Shown: positions 12,644 through 24,900 of the stretch, in pieces
Layout of the letters: the number at the start of each line of letters is the position of its first letter
How positions within the stretch are numbered: position 1 is the first letter of the stretch
Assembly (NCBI GenBank): GCA_030390025.1
Contig: CM059432.1
Coordinates: 108,564,001 to 108,628,000, forward strand
DNA length: 64,000 nt
DNA from: Squalus acanthias
Lineage: Eukaryota
Direction: 5' to 3'
Translations under genes and position numbers: made by a program
The notes under the pieces: generated by a model
Seen by the model: only the letters and a program-made list of their open reading frames with translations
What the model was told of the DNA's origin: nothing
The model's database searches: none

Positions 12644-13319
12644 TACCACAGGGAGTAGTTGAGGCGAATAGTATAGATGTATTTAAGGGGAAGCTAGGTA
12701 AGCATATGAGGGAGTAGAGAATAGATGGTTATGCTGATAGAGTTAGATGAGGAAGGATGGGAGGAGGCGCGAGTGGAGCATAAGCGCAGGCATTGTCTGG
12801 TTGGGCCGAATAGCCTGTTACTCTGCTGTATATTTTATGTAAAAGTTAATGGGGAAAAGATTTGGCTGGTTAGTGCCTCCCGTTAGCGCCTCCGGGGGTG
12901 CAGTAACGGGGCGCTAATGACTTACCGCCTGCAAAATTCAACTGGCAGTTTGAGGTGACGCTAAACACTATCGGCACGATCTCCTGCGCCCGGAGATTGT
13001 GACATCATCCAAGCGCGCATCGCCCCGGTAGCGCCCCAGACCGGAAATTGATTCTCGCCCCCTGCTTCAGTGCCTGCCGCTAGGAACGCCAGGTCGAGGA
13101 GGATGGTTTGCAGTCGGCTGGGAACTGGGGGCGCGCTATTTAAAGGCGTGCAGTTCCTGTTTTTTCCTGTTGGCAATCAATTCTGCCTTCGCACGTTGAC
13201 AGAAGGAGAGGCGTTTGGAGAGATTTGACAGTTTCCTACTTGAAGGAGTTTTGCTCGTCAGCAAAACTTATCAGGTTACATTTCACTTACCTTTGGTACT
13301 GCAACATTTCCAAGAGTTA

Positions 13320-14610
13320 ATGGAGGCTGTACTGGCACAGGGCCTCGCCCTCCAGCTTCACCGCTGGAGACAGCGGAGGCGGAGAGAAAGATTGGAAAAC
13401 GTGGCCAGAGGGAGGAGGGCCAACAGGGCCAACAGGAGACCTTACCCTCCCAGGGTATTCTGGGAGCAGTTCTCATACATTCATCTGTCTGAGGAGCAGT
13501 GCCTTAGAAGGCTCCGCTTCAGCAAGGAGGTGGTCACAGAGCTCTGCCACCTCCTGCAGACAGAACATAGAACATAGAACATAGAACATAGAAGAGTACA
13601 GCACAGTACAGGCCCTTCGGCCCTCGATGTTGTGCTGAGCATTGTCCGAGACCAAGATCAAGCTATCACACTCCCTATCACTCTGGTGTGCTCCATGTGC
13701 TTATCCAATAACCGCTTGAACTCCAGCTTCAACTCAGGACGTCTCTGTTGATGGCAGTGAAGGTCACAGTCGCTCTCAATTTATGCGCCAGCGGCTCCTT
13801 CCAGGCTTCAACAGGGGATATTGCCAACATCTCCCAGTTCACTGTCCATTGCTGCACCTGGGAGGTCACAGATGCTCTGTACAGAAGGAGAAGGGAGTAC
13901 ATCTCATTCCCCATGAAGACAAACAGCATGAATGCGCATGTGGCTTCACAAGGATAGCGGGCTTCCCCATGGTTCAGGGCGCCATTGATTGCACCCACAT
14001 GGCATGGTGGGCACCTCATCATAATGCAGAGGTGTTCCACAACTGCAAAGGCTACCACTCTTTGATCATGCAGTTGTTGTGCGACCACAGACAGCGCAAA
14101 TTCGCTGTCAATGTCCGCTATCCTGGCAGCAGCCACGATGCATTTATCCTGTGTTAGACTGGTGTCCCAGCACTGTTCCAACCACCGCATCAAGCTCGCG
14201 GCTGCCTCCTCGGGGACAAGGGTTATACACTCACCACCTGGCTGATGACATCGCTCCGTAACCCCAACACTCCTGCTGAGCTCGCATACAATGAGAGCCA
14301 TAGCGCCACCAGGAACCTGATCGAACACACCATCGATGTGCTAAAGCAGCGGTCCTGCTGTCTTGACCACTCTGGAGGAGCCCTGCAGTACTCCCCTGAT
14401 CGAGTCTCCGTTTTCATAGTTGTGTGCTGCATGCTGCACAACCTCATCATTCTGAGGACCCAGCCATTGCCACCAGGGATTGGTGGGCCACCTCAGGAGG
14501 AGGGAGAGGATGAAGAGGAGGAGGAGCAGCACCAACGTAGGAGAGAGGCGCTCAATGTTGCTTCTGCAAGGGCCGTTCGTGAACGCCTCATTACACAGCG
14601 CTTCCGATGA
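13320..14610 (+). pseudogene. Harbinger (HARBI1-type) DDE transposase of H2, frameshifted and interrupted
   Basis: [83 protein letters not shown], acidic tail. Confidence 0.9.
13567..13716 (-). mobile_element. Short CR1-type 3' end with (TTCTATG)n tail inserted in the H2 transposase
   Basis: (atagaac)n..gcacagtacaggcccttcggccc; GAAC on both flanks. Confidence 0.75.
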
Positions 14611-14917
14611 ATGAGATAGCAGATGGCATTTGGGATCAATAACCACATCATTACAGCCAGCTCACAGCCCCTGTGACCAGCCAAAGTTTCAATGAGAAAC
14701 ATGACCAAATTCGTTATGTTGAAATAAACATTTATTATTCTGCACAACTCTGTCTTATTAAACACAACCAATAACAAACAAACACAACAATTTATGAACA
14801 AACAGAACTGGTTCTTATCACATGGAAATACTTCTTATCAAAATGAACAATATATTTACAAACACATCCAACTTTGGTACACACGCTCCCCCTTTTTTTT
14901 GCTCTAAAAAAAATTAT

Positions 14918-17900
14918 TTACTGGTCCTTCCTCAATAATCTCCTTCCCCTTTGCACTTCCCCCCTCCCAACCCTACTGCTCCTCCGTAATGTGGCCCCAG
15001 TGACTGCAGCAAGGCTGGTGGAAGGCTGCTGAGTCTGGGAGCCAGAGACTGCAGATGGCCTTGCAGGACGCCCTCGACCAGCTCTGGGCATGGAGGTCCC
15101 GGCTGCAGACTGCAGCAACTCTGCATGGACGGCAGCAGTCTGGGATGGCTGGGTTACAGGCTGCGGCAAGTGCAATGGTGGAGTGGCAGTGGTGGGAGCA
15201 GGAATGCTGTCATCCTGAGAGGGGGCAGCACCTTCCTGCTTGACCAACACACTGCCACTCCCCCGGGGCAGAACCTCAGCATCCGGAGCAATCCGCTCGA
15301 GCACAGATTGCTGGCCTGCTGTGGCATCGTGAGATCTCCGGTGGACTGTGGGCGACCCAGCGACGATGGCAGCAGTCAGTGCTTGCGTGGCATCAATCTG
15401 AGACTGCATGAGAGCAGTCTGAGATTGGATGACACCAACCAATCACTCGATTACAGCACTAGGCGTTGCGTTGCCTCGGCCTGGGCTGCAATAGATGCTG
15501 CCACCTCACCCATTACATGCGGCATGGGGTCTGGGTCCCCACGGTCTCCCTGCAAGTCAAACCATCCTCTGCAAAGAGGCAAGGATGGGCTCAAGGGTTT
15601 GCGCACAGATGGCAGCAGTGCTGGCGGCGGACTCCTCCATGCTCCTAGCCAGTGCATCCATGCTCGCGGGCACCCTTGCCATTGCACCCATGAGCTCCGT
15701 ATGCATGCTCATCGCCTGTGTGTTCATCACCTCGACATCGAGGTCCTCATCCAAGTCCTGTGCAGCAGAACTCGTGCATGCACTTACCCTCCAGGGAGAT
15801 GGCCCCCGAGCTTCCCTTTCTCCATGGCGTTGCTGCAGCCCGCTGGGTCCCCGAGCTTCACCCACATCAGAGCCAATTAGAGATCATGAGGGTAATCTGT
15901 GTGTGGAGGTGGGAGACGTCAGTAGGGTTCTTAATGAATACTTTGCGTCTGTTTTCACAAAGGAGAGGGGCGAAGCAGACATTGCTATCAGGAAGGAGGA
16001 GTGTGAAATATAAGGTGAAATAAACATAGTGAGAGAGGAAGTATTAAGGGGTTTAGCAGCTTTAAAAGTGGATAAATCCCCAGGCCCGGATGAAATGTAT
16101 CCCAGGCTGTTAAGCAAAGCAAAAGAGGAAATAGCAGAGGCCCTGACCATCATTTTTCAATCCTCTCTGGCTTCAGGTGTGGTGCCGGAGGACTGGAGGA
16201 CTGCTAATGTGGTACCCTTGTTTAAAAAGGGAGAAAAGGATAGACCGAGTAATTACAAGCCAGTCAGCCTAACCTCAGTGGTGGGAAAATTATTGGAAAG
16301 AATTCTGAAGGACAGGATAAATCTTCATTTAGAAAGACATGGATTAATCAAGGATAGTCAGCACGGATTTGTTAAGGGAAGGTCGTGTCTGACAAACTTG
16401 ATTGAATTTTTTGAGGAGGTAACAAGGAGGGTAGATGAGGGTAGTGCATTTGATGTAGTGTATATGGACTTTAGCAAGGCTTTTGATAAGGTTCCACATG
16501 GCAGACTGGTCACAAAGTTAAAAGCCCATGGGATCCAGGGCAAAGTGTCAAGTTGGATTCAAAACTGGCTCGGAGACAGGAAGCAGAGGGTAATGGTTGA
16601 TGGGTGTTTTTGTGACTAGAAGGCTGTTTCCAGTGGGGTTCCGCAGGGCTCAGTACTAGGTCCCTTGCTTTTTGTGGTATATATCAATGATCTTGATGTG
16701 AATATAGGGGGTATGATTAAGAAGTTTGCAGATGATACTAAAATCGGCTGTGTGGTTGATACTGAAGAAGGAAGCTGTAGACTGCAGGAAGATATCAATA
16801 ATTTGGTCAGGTGGGCAGAACAGTGGCAAATGGAATTCAATCTGGAGAAGTGTGAGGTAATGCATTTGGGGAGGGCTAACAAGGAAAGGGAATACACATT
16901 AAATGGTAGGACACTGAGTAGTGTAGAGGAACAAAGGGACCTTGGAGTGCATGTCCACAGATCCCTGAAGGTAGCAGGCCAGGTAGATAAGGTGGTTAAG
17001 AAGGCATACGGAATGCTTGCCTTTGTTAGCCGTGGCATAGAATACAAGAGCAGGGGGGTTATGCTTCAACTGTATAAAACACTAGTTAGGCCTCAGCTAG
17101 AGTACTGCGTGCAGTTCTGGTCACCACATTACAGGAAAGATGTGATTGCACTAGAGAGGGAACAGAGGAGATTTACAAGGTTGTTGCCGGGAGTAGAGAA
17201 TCTTAGCTATGAGGAAAGGCTGGATAGGCTGGGTCTGTTTTCCTTGGAACAGAGGAGGCTGAGGGGAGACCTTATTGAGGTGTATAAAATTATGAGGGGC
17301 CTAGATAAAGTGGATAGAAAGGACCTATTTCCCTTAGCAGAGGGGTCAAAAACCAGGGGGCACAGATTTAAAGTAATTGGTGGAAGGTTTAGAGGGGATT
17401 TGAGGGTTGTGGGGGTCTGGAACTCACTGCCTGAAAGGGTGGTAGAGGCAGAAACCCTAACTACATTTAAAAAGTACTTGGATGTGTACTTGGGATGCTC
17501 TAACCTGCAGGGCTACGGACCAAGAGCTGGGAAGTGGGATTAGGCTGGATAGCTCTTTGTTGGCTGGTGCGGACACGATGGGCCGAAATGGCCTCCTTCC
17601 GTGCTGTAACTTTCTATGATTCTATGATTCTAATTCCTCTGCTCCCCTCCAGCGACCGCGTGGCCCCAGTATCTGATGTGTCGCCCTCGGGAGACGCAGG
17701 CAGTGAGGCCTCAGCTTGGTGTTCCTCCTCCTCTCTCGCATTGCTGCCACTGGGAGGCTGAGGGACAGGCTGTTCAGATGGTGGCTCACTATCTGAAATC
17801 AGGAAGGCACAAGAGTGTATTTAACGTGAGGGGAGGGGGGCAGGACGGGAGCAAGGAATTGAAACAGTATACTTAGATGGAAAGTGGGAATGGCTCGTGT

Positions 17901-18490
17901 TGTGAGGGAGAAGTGGTATGAGAGAGGAGGGAGAGGTGATGAACAGACCGTTGCTGTCCCCAAGGGGTTTGTTTTCCTTGGAACAGAGGAGGCTGAGGGG
18001 AGACCGACTGCCACAGCGCCCACGACATGGCTCGCGATGATTCTGTGCACTCGCTCCTCTAGCTGTGTCAGGGGGTGTAGCTACGCCTGACATCCTCCCG
18101 TGTGTAGCTGCTCCCTCCTGTTGTGAGCAAGTTTGGTCTGCAAGAAAAAGGACAGCGTGTGAGTGAGTGTGGAGCCATGTGTTTGGCAGATGTGCCTACC
18201 ATAGTTGAACAGCCATTAATGTCTGCAAGGTGTGAGATGTGGATGTGACTTTTAGTAGAAGGGCATATTTGTTGGGTGAGTGTTGGGGGTTTGGCAGTTT
18301 ATACCGTCTGTGCACAGAGTGAGCTTGAGATGGTGGGATGTAGAGGTATTTCAAGCATCTACTCACCCTGACCACCCGAGTGAGGTCGTTGAACTTCTTG
18401 TGGCACTGGGTGTGAGTCCTTTGGACCACACTTCTGGCCAAGACGTACAGGTCAAAAGCAGCAATGATCAAGGTGAGGCTGTGCAGCATG
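14918..18490 (-). pseudogene. Myb/SANT-like second gene of H2 (multi-exon, decayed, split by CR1)
   Basis: RTHTQCHKKFNDLTRVVR|GTGAGT (about 18366); coiled-coil segment MARVPASMDALARSMEES; basic C-terminus LRRSSRVGRG. Confidence 0.7.
15870..17632 (+). mobile_element. 5'-truncated CR1 LINE, ORF2 RT
   Basis: ORFs 16029-16619 and 16665-17543 (KSPGPD, MDFSKAFDKV, KFADDTK); (TTCTATGA)n tail. Confidence 0.95.
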
Positions 18491-19370
18491 ATTGAACCTG
18501 CCCTTTAAGAACTGGAAGGCGCCAGTCTGTCTGAGTACTAGGTAATTGACAGCGCCTGAACTTGAGTAGAGCTCTGAGGTAGCGCCCCGTTCCCCGACAT
18601 TAGCGCCCTAAGAGAAGCGTGTAGCGCTTGATTTAGCGCTCCAATCACCTCTAGGGGCGCTGGAGACGAATTTCGCGGTCGCTGGTGCTAATTTGCGCTG
18701 GGCGCTAAAGTTTGCTGCCGGCCGATGTTAGCGCCCCAAAATGGTCGATACCGAATTTTTCCCCCAAACATTTCCAGCCTAGTTTAAGGATCTTTTCCCC
18801 TTGGTTATTACGTGGCATGAGTCAGCATGGTGCACTCTATGAATTGTAGTTGTACAGGAGCAGGGTGAGAAATATGATTCCTATGATGCATCTCTCTCCC
18901 TCTCGCACAGATAGAATTGATCCCAGGAGTTCAAAGTCCCTATCAAGCAAAGCTACAGTGAAATTGAAGTAGAACCCAAGCCTCAGCTTCCAGAAAGTAT
19001 GGCTGGCATCTGTGGAAAAATTTCTTACATGGATTTCCAACATTAAATTATAAACCTTTAAATCTATGCATAAAACTAATTTTATAAATGATTTAAGTTT
19101 TTATGTTTGATATTATCCTCAGGTTAAAGATGCAGCAAGATGGTGGCTGAAAGCATTTTCTAAAAGTATTTGGATCTCATTCGTTGGTTTGACTTCTCCT
19201 TCTTGCTAGTTGGTTATTGGTAGTTCTTTGCCAATTGTTCATTGATCATTTTCCGACCTGCTTATTCATTGATAGGTTTCCTACCTGTTTATATTTGAGG
19301 TGATCATGATTTTTCACTTGTGCCTCTTATGAATATGATATTTGAACCAATCAAGGAATTGTTGCAACAC

Positions 19371-20060
19371 AATAGCAAAATACTGCGGATGCTGGAAATC
19401 TGAAATAAAAACAGAAAATGCTGGAGATACTCAGCAGGTCAGGCAGCATCTGTGGAGAGAGAAACAGAGTTAACGTTTCAGGTCGATGACCTTTCGTCAG
19501 AACTGGAAAAAGTTAGAGATGTAACAGATTTTAAGCAAGTGCAGGGGGGAGGAGAGGAAAGAACAAAAGGGAAGGTCTGTGATAGGGTGGAAGGCAGGAG
19601 AGATTAAATGACAAAAGGGATGATAGCACAAAGTGAAAGGAGATGGAAATTGGACAAGTAAAGAAACAAAAGATGGGTCTAGAAGAGGTGTAAATGGGAA
19701 TGGCAGAATCATCAACAGCTGCCATGTGAAAAAATAGGGGCAGAGGTTATGGTCTGAAATTGTTGAACTCGATGTTGAGTCCAGAAGGCTGTAAAGTGCC
19801 TAATCGAAAGATGAGGTGCTGTTCCTCGAGCTTACGTTGAGCTTCGTTAGAACAGTGTAAGAGGCCGAGGACAGAGAGGTCAGAGTGGGAGTGGAGCGGA
19901 GAATTAAAGTGGCAGGCGACTGGAAGCTCGGGGTCACACTTACGGACTGAACGGAGGTGTTCCGCAAAGCGGTCACCCAATCTGTGTTTGGCCTCCCCAA
20001 TATAGAGGAGACCGCATCGTGAGCAGCGAATACAGTATACTAAATTGAAAGAAGTACAAG
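19371..20060 (-). mobile_element. Penelope-like retroelement 3' part: GIY-YIG endonuclease C-terminus plus pseudo-LTR
   Basis: CTSFNLVYCIRCSRCGLLYIGEAKHRLGDRFAEH..VACHFN..LEEQHLIFRLGTLQPSGLN (19747-20060). Confidence 0.92.
19468..19504 (-). ncRNA. Minimal type I hammerhead ribozyme motif in the Penelope pseudo-LTR
   Basis: AGUU-CUGACGA-A-AGGUC(AUC)GACCU-GAAA-CG-UU-AACU. Confidence 0.78.
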
Positions 20061-20399
20061 TGTGGCATATACTTTGCATGTGTCACAGTTTGAAGTTTTC
20101 CAGATTATAGACTTTAAATTTTACAGATTTTGTACCCAATTTTTTATTAATTATTGGTAATTTCCACTAAATTCCTAATTATAGTGTAAAGTATTTATTT
20201 GGGGCAGTTGCTCTTTCTGATTTTTTTATGTTTTATAGCTGGTTCTAACTGCTACTCTCTGTGCTGAACTGCATTTGGAGGCCCTAATTATTTTACAGCG
20301 AATGGAATAGTTCAAATCAATCCAATTTTGATATTTTACTGTAAATCTTTCAATATTGGCATAATAGAAAACAAAATACGGACAGAAAGGGGACGGTTC

Positions 20400-21960
20400 C
20401 TGGCAATCGGGAGGTGGGGAGGTTGGCATTCTGGTGGTGGGGGACAGTGCTGGCCGACAATCAGGAGGGGGTGGGAGATTGGCAGTCGGGAGCAGGGGGA
20501 TGTTGAAAATTGAGAGCGGAGAGGAGTTTGAAAATTGGGAGCAGGGCATGGGATCAGCAATCGGGATCATGGGGGAGGTCGACAATCGGGAGCGGGGAGA
20601 TCGACAATCGGGAGCGGGGAGGTCGACAATCGGGAGCGGGGAGATCGACAATCGGGAGCGAGCAGATCGACAATCGGGAGCGAGGAGGTTGACATTCGGG
20701 AGCGGGGAGGTTGACAATCGGGAGCGAGGAGAGGTCGACAATCCGGAGCGGGGAGGTTGACAATCGGGAGCGAGGAGAGGTCGACAATCGGGAGCGGGGA
20801 GAGGTCGACAATCGGGAGCGGGGAGAGGTCGACAATCGGGAGCGAGAAGATCGACAATCGGGAGCGGGGAGAGGTCGACAATCGGGAGCGGGGAGAGGTC
20901 GACAATCGGGAGCGAGGAGATCGACAATCGGGAGCGGGGAGAGGTCGACAATCGGGAGCGGGGAGAGGTCGACAATCGGGAGCAGGGAGAGGTCGACAAT
21001 CGGGAGCGGGGAGAGGTCGACAATCGGGAGCGCGGAGAGGTTGACAATCGGGAGCGAGGAGGAGGTTGACAATCGGGAGCGAGGAGGTTGACAATCGGGA
21101 GCGAGGACGTTGACAATCGGGAGCGGGGAGGTTGACAATCGGGAGCGGGGAGGTTGACAATCGGGAGCGGGGAGGTTGACAATCGGGAGCGGGGAGAGGT
21201 CGACAATCGGGAGCGGGGAGAGGTCGACAATCGAGAGCGGGGAGAGGTCGACAATCGGGAGCGGGGAGGAGGTCGACAATCGTTAGCAGGGAGGTTGACA
21301 ATCGGGAGCGAGGAGAGGTTGACAATCGGGAGCGGGCAGAGGTCGACAATCGGGAGCGGGGAGATCGACAATCGGGAGCGGGGAGAGGTCGACAATCGGG
21401 AGCGGGGAGAGGTCGACAATCGGGAGCGGGCAGAGGTCGACAATCGGGAGCGGGGAGAGGTCGACAATCGGGAGCGGGGAGAGGTCGACAATCGGGAGCG
21501 GGGAGAGGTCGACAATCGGGAGCGGGGAGAGGTCGACAATCGGGAGCGAGGGGGAGGTTGACAATCGGGAGCGGGGAGAGGTCGACAATCGGGAGCGAGG
21601 GGGAGGTTGACAATCGGGAGCGGGGAGAGGTCGACAATCGGGAGCGGGGAGAGGTCGACAATCGGGAGCGGGGAGAGGTCGACAATCGGGAGCGGGGAGG
21701 TTGACAATCGGGAGCGAGGGGGAGGTTGACAATCGGGAGTGGGGAGGTCGACAGTTGGGAGCGGAGAGAGGTCGACAATCGGGAGCGGGGAGAGGTCGAC
21801 AATCGGGAGCGGGGAGAGGTCGACAATCGGGAGCAGGGAGGTCGGCAGTCAGGAGGGAGAAGTTGGCAATCGGGAGCGAGGGAGAGGTCGGTAATCGGGA
21901 GGTGGTTGGCAATCGGGAGTGGGGGAGAGGTCGACAATCGAGAGCAGGTGGGAAGTCAGC
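20400..21960. repeat. G-rich tandem array A, unit about 22-25 bp (GAGGTCGACAATCGGGAGCGGGGA)
   Basis: Homogeneous core about 20570-21830 with degenerate edges. Confidence 0.95.
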
Positions 21961-21983
21961 AATTGGGAGGGGCTGAGGCCTCC

Positions 21984-24900
21984 AATTGGAGGGGGGGAGA
22001 TCGGTAATTGGAGGGGGGAGATCAGTAATTGGAGGGGGGGAGATCGGTAATTGGAGGGGGAGGTCGGTAATTGGAGGGGGGGAGATCGGTAATTGGAGGG
22101 GGGGAGATCGGTAATTGGAGGGGGGAGATCAGTAATTGGAGGGGGGGAGGTCGGTAATTGGAGGGGGGGAGATCGGTAATTGGAGGGGGGGAGATCGGTA
22201 ATTGGAGGGGGGGAGATCGGTAATTGGAGGGGGAGAGATCAGTAATTGGAGGGGGAGATCGGTAATTGGAGGGGGGGAGATCGGTAATTGGAGGGGGGAG
22301 ATCGGTAATTGGAGGGGGGAGATCGGTAATTGGAGGGGGGAGATCGGTAATTGGAGGGGGGGGAGATCGGTAATTGGATGGGGGAGATCGGTAATTGGAG
22401 GGGGGAGATCGGTAATTGGAGGGGGGAGATCGGTAATTGGAGGGGGGAGATCGGTAATTGGAGGGGGGGAGGTCAGTAATTGGAGGGGGGAGATCGGTAA
22501 TTGGAGGGGGAGATCGGTAATTGGAGGGGGGAGATCGGTAATTGGAGGGGGAGATCGGTAATTGGAGGGGGGAGAGATCGGTAATTGGAGGGGGGGAGAT
22601 CGGTAATTGGAGGGGGGGAGATCGGTAATTAGAGGGGGAGGTCGGTAATTGGAGGGGGGAGATCGGTAATTGGAGGGGGAGGTCGGTAATTGGAGGGGGG
22701 GGAGATCGGTAATTGGAGGGGGAGGTCGGTAATTGGAGGGGGGAGATCGGTAATTGGAGGGGGAGGTCGGTAATTGGAGGGGGGGGAGATCGGTAATTGG
22801 AGGGGGAGGTCGGTAATTGGAGGGGGAGGTCGGTAATTGGAGGGGGGAGATCGGTAATTGGAGGGGGAAGTCGGTAATTGGAGGGGGGGGAGGTCGGTAA
22901 TTGGAGGGGGAGGTCGGTAATTGGAGGGGGGAGATCGGTAATTGGAGGGGGAGGTCGGTAATTGGAGGGGGGAGATCGGTAATTGGAGGGGGGGAGATCG
23001 GTAATTGGAGGGGGAGATCGGTAATTGGAGGGGGGGAGATCGGTAATTGGAGGGGGAGAGATCAGTAATTGGAGGGGGGGGTCGGTAATTGGAGGGGGGA
23101 GATCGGTAATTGGAGGGGGGGAGATCGGTAATTGGAGGGGGAGATCGGTAATTGAAGGGGGGGAGATCAGTAATTGGAGGGGGGAGGTCGGTAATTGGAG
23201 GGGGAGAGATCAGTAATTGGAGGGGGAGAGATCAGTAATTGGAGGGGGAGATCGGTAATTGGAGGGGGGGAGATCGGTAATTGGAGGGGGAGATCGGTAA
23301 TTGGAGGGGGAGAGATCAGTAATTGGAGGGGGAGATCGGTAATTGGAGGGGGGGGAGATCGGTAATTGGAGGGGGAGATCGGTAATTGGAGGGGGAGATC
23401 GGTAATTGGAGGGGGAGATCGGTAATTGGAGGGGGGGAGGTCGGTAATTGGAGGGGGGAGATCGGTAATTGGAGGGGGAGATCGGTAATTGGAGGGGGGG
23501 TGGTCGGTAATTGGAGGGGGGGAGGTCGGTAATTGGAGGGGGGGAGATCGGTAATTGGTGGGGGGAGATCGGTAATTGGAGGGGGGAGATCGGTAATTGG
23601 AGGGGGGAGATCGGTAATTGGAGGGGGGGAGGTCGGTAATTGGAGGGGGAGAGATCAGTAATTGGAGGGCGGAGGTCGGTAATTGGAGGGGGGAGATCGG
23701 TAATTGGAGGGGGAGGCCGGTAATTGGAGGGGGGGAGGCCGGTAATTGGAGGGCGGAGGTCGGTAATTGGAGGGGGGAGATCAGTAATTGGAGGGGGGAG
23801 ATCGGTAATTGGAGGGGGAGATCAGTAATTGGAGGGGGGGAGATCGGTAATTGGAGGGGGGGAGATCGGTAATTGGAGGGGGAGGTCGGTAATTGGAGGG
23901 GGAGGTCAGTAATTGGAGGGGGGAAGTCGGTAATTGGAGGGGGGAGATCGGTAATTGGAGGGGGAGATCAGTAATTGGAGGGGGGGAGGTCGGTAATTGG
24001 AGGGGCAGATCGGTAATTGGAGGGGGGGAGGTCGGTAATTGGAGGGGGGAGATCGGTAATTGGAGGGGGAGATCAGTAATTGGAGGGGGGGAGATCGGTA
24101 ATTGGAGGGGGGGAGATCGGTAATTGGAGGGGGGAGATCGGTAATTGGAGGGGGGGAGATCGGTAATTGGAGGGGGGGAGATCGGTAATTGGAGGGGGGG
24201 AGATCAGTAATTGGAGGGGGGGAGATCGGTAATTGGAGGGGGGAGATCGGTAATTGGAGGGGGAGATCAGTAATTGGAGGGGGGGAGATCGGTAATTGGA
24301 GGGGGGAGATCGGTAATTGGAGGGGGGAGGTCGGTAATTGGAGGGGGGAGATCGGTAATTGGAGGAGGAGATCAGTAATTGGAGGGGGGGAGATCGGTAA
24401 TTTGAGGGGGGAGATCGGTAATTGGAGGGGGAGATCGGTAATTGGAGGGGGGAGGTCAGTAATTGGAGGGGGGGAGGTCAGTAATTGGAGGGGGGAGGTC
24501 GGTAATTGGAGGGGGGAGGTCGGTAATTGGAGGGGGGAGGTCGGTAATTGGAGGGGGGGAGATCGGTAATTGGAGGGGGGGAGATCGGTAATTGGAGGGG
24601 GGGAGGTCAGTAATTGGAGGGGGGAGGTCAGTAATTGGAGGGGGGAGATCAGTAATTGGAGGGGGGAGGTCGGTAATTGGAGGGGGGAGGTTGGTAATTG
24701 GAGGGGGGAGGTTGGTAATTGGAGGGGGGAGATCGGTAATTGGAGGGGGGGAGGTTGGTAATTGGAGGGGGGGAGGTCAGTAATTGGAGGGGGGGAGGTC
24801 AGTAATTGGAGGGGGGGAGGTCAGTAATTGGAGGGGGGGTCGGTAATTGGAGGGGGGGAGGTCAGTAATTGGAGGGGGGAGATCGGTAATTGGAGGGGGG

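Larger units (their letters stand above)
8645..12840 (+). mobile_element. CR1 3' fragment split by H1 and by a Penelope-end insert (pieces 8645-8835, 12409-12549, 12644-12840)
   Basis: ..gatagagtagatacAGA | AGAgtgtttctacttgtgggg.. joins into continuous CR1 ORF2 C-terminus and 3'UTR. Confidence 0.85.
12851..18764 (+). mobile_element. H2: full-architecture PIF/Harbinger (decayed), with two CR1 insertions
   Basis: TIRs GGGGAAAAGATTTGG / GGGGAAAAATTCGG; subterminal TAGCGCC/GGCGCTA repeats; transposase on plus, Myb-type gene on minus. Confidence 0.85.
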
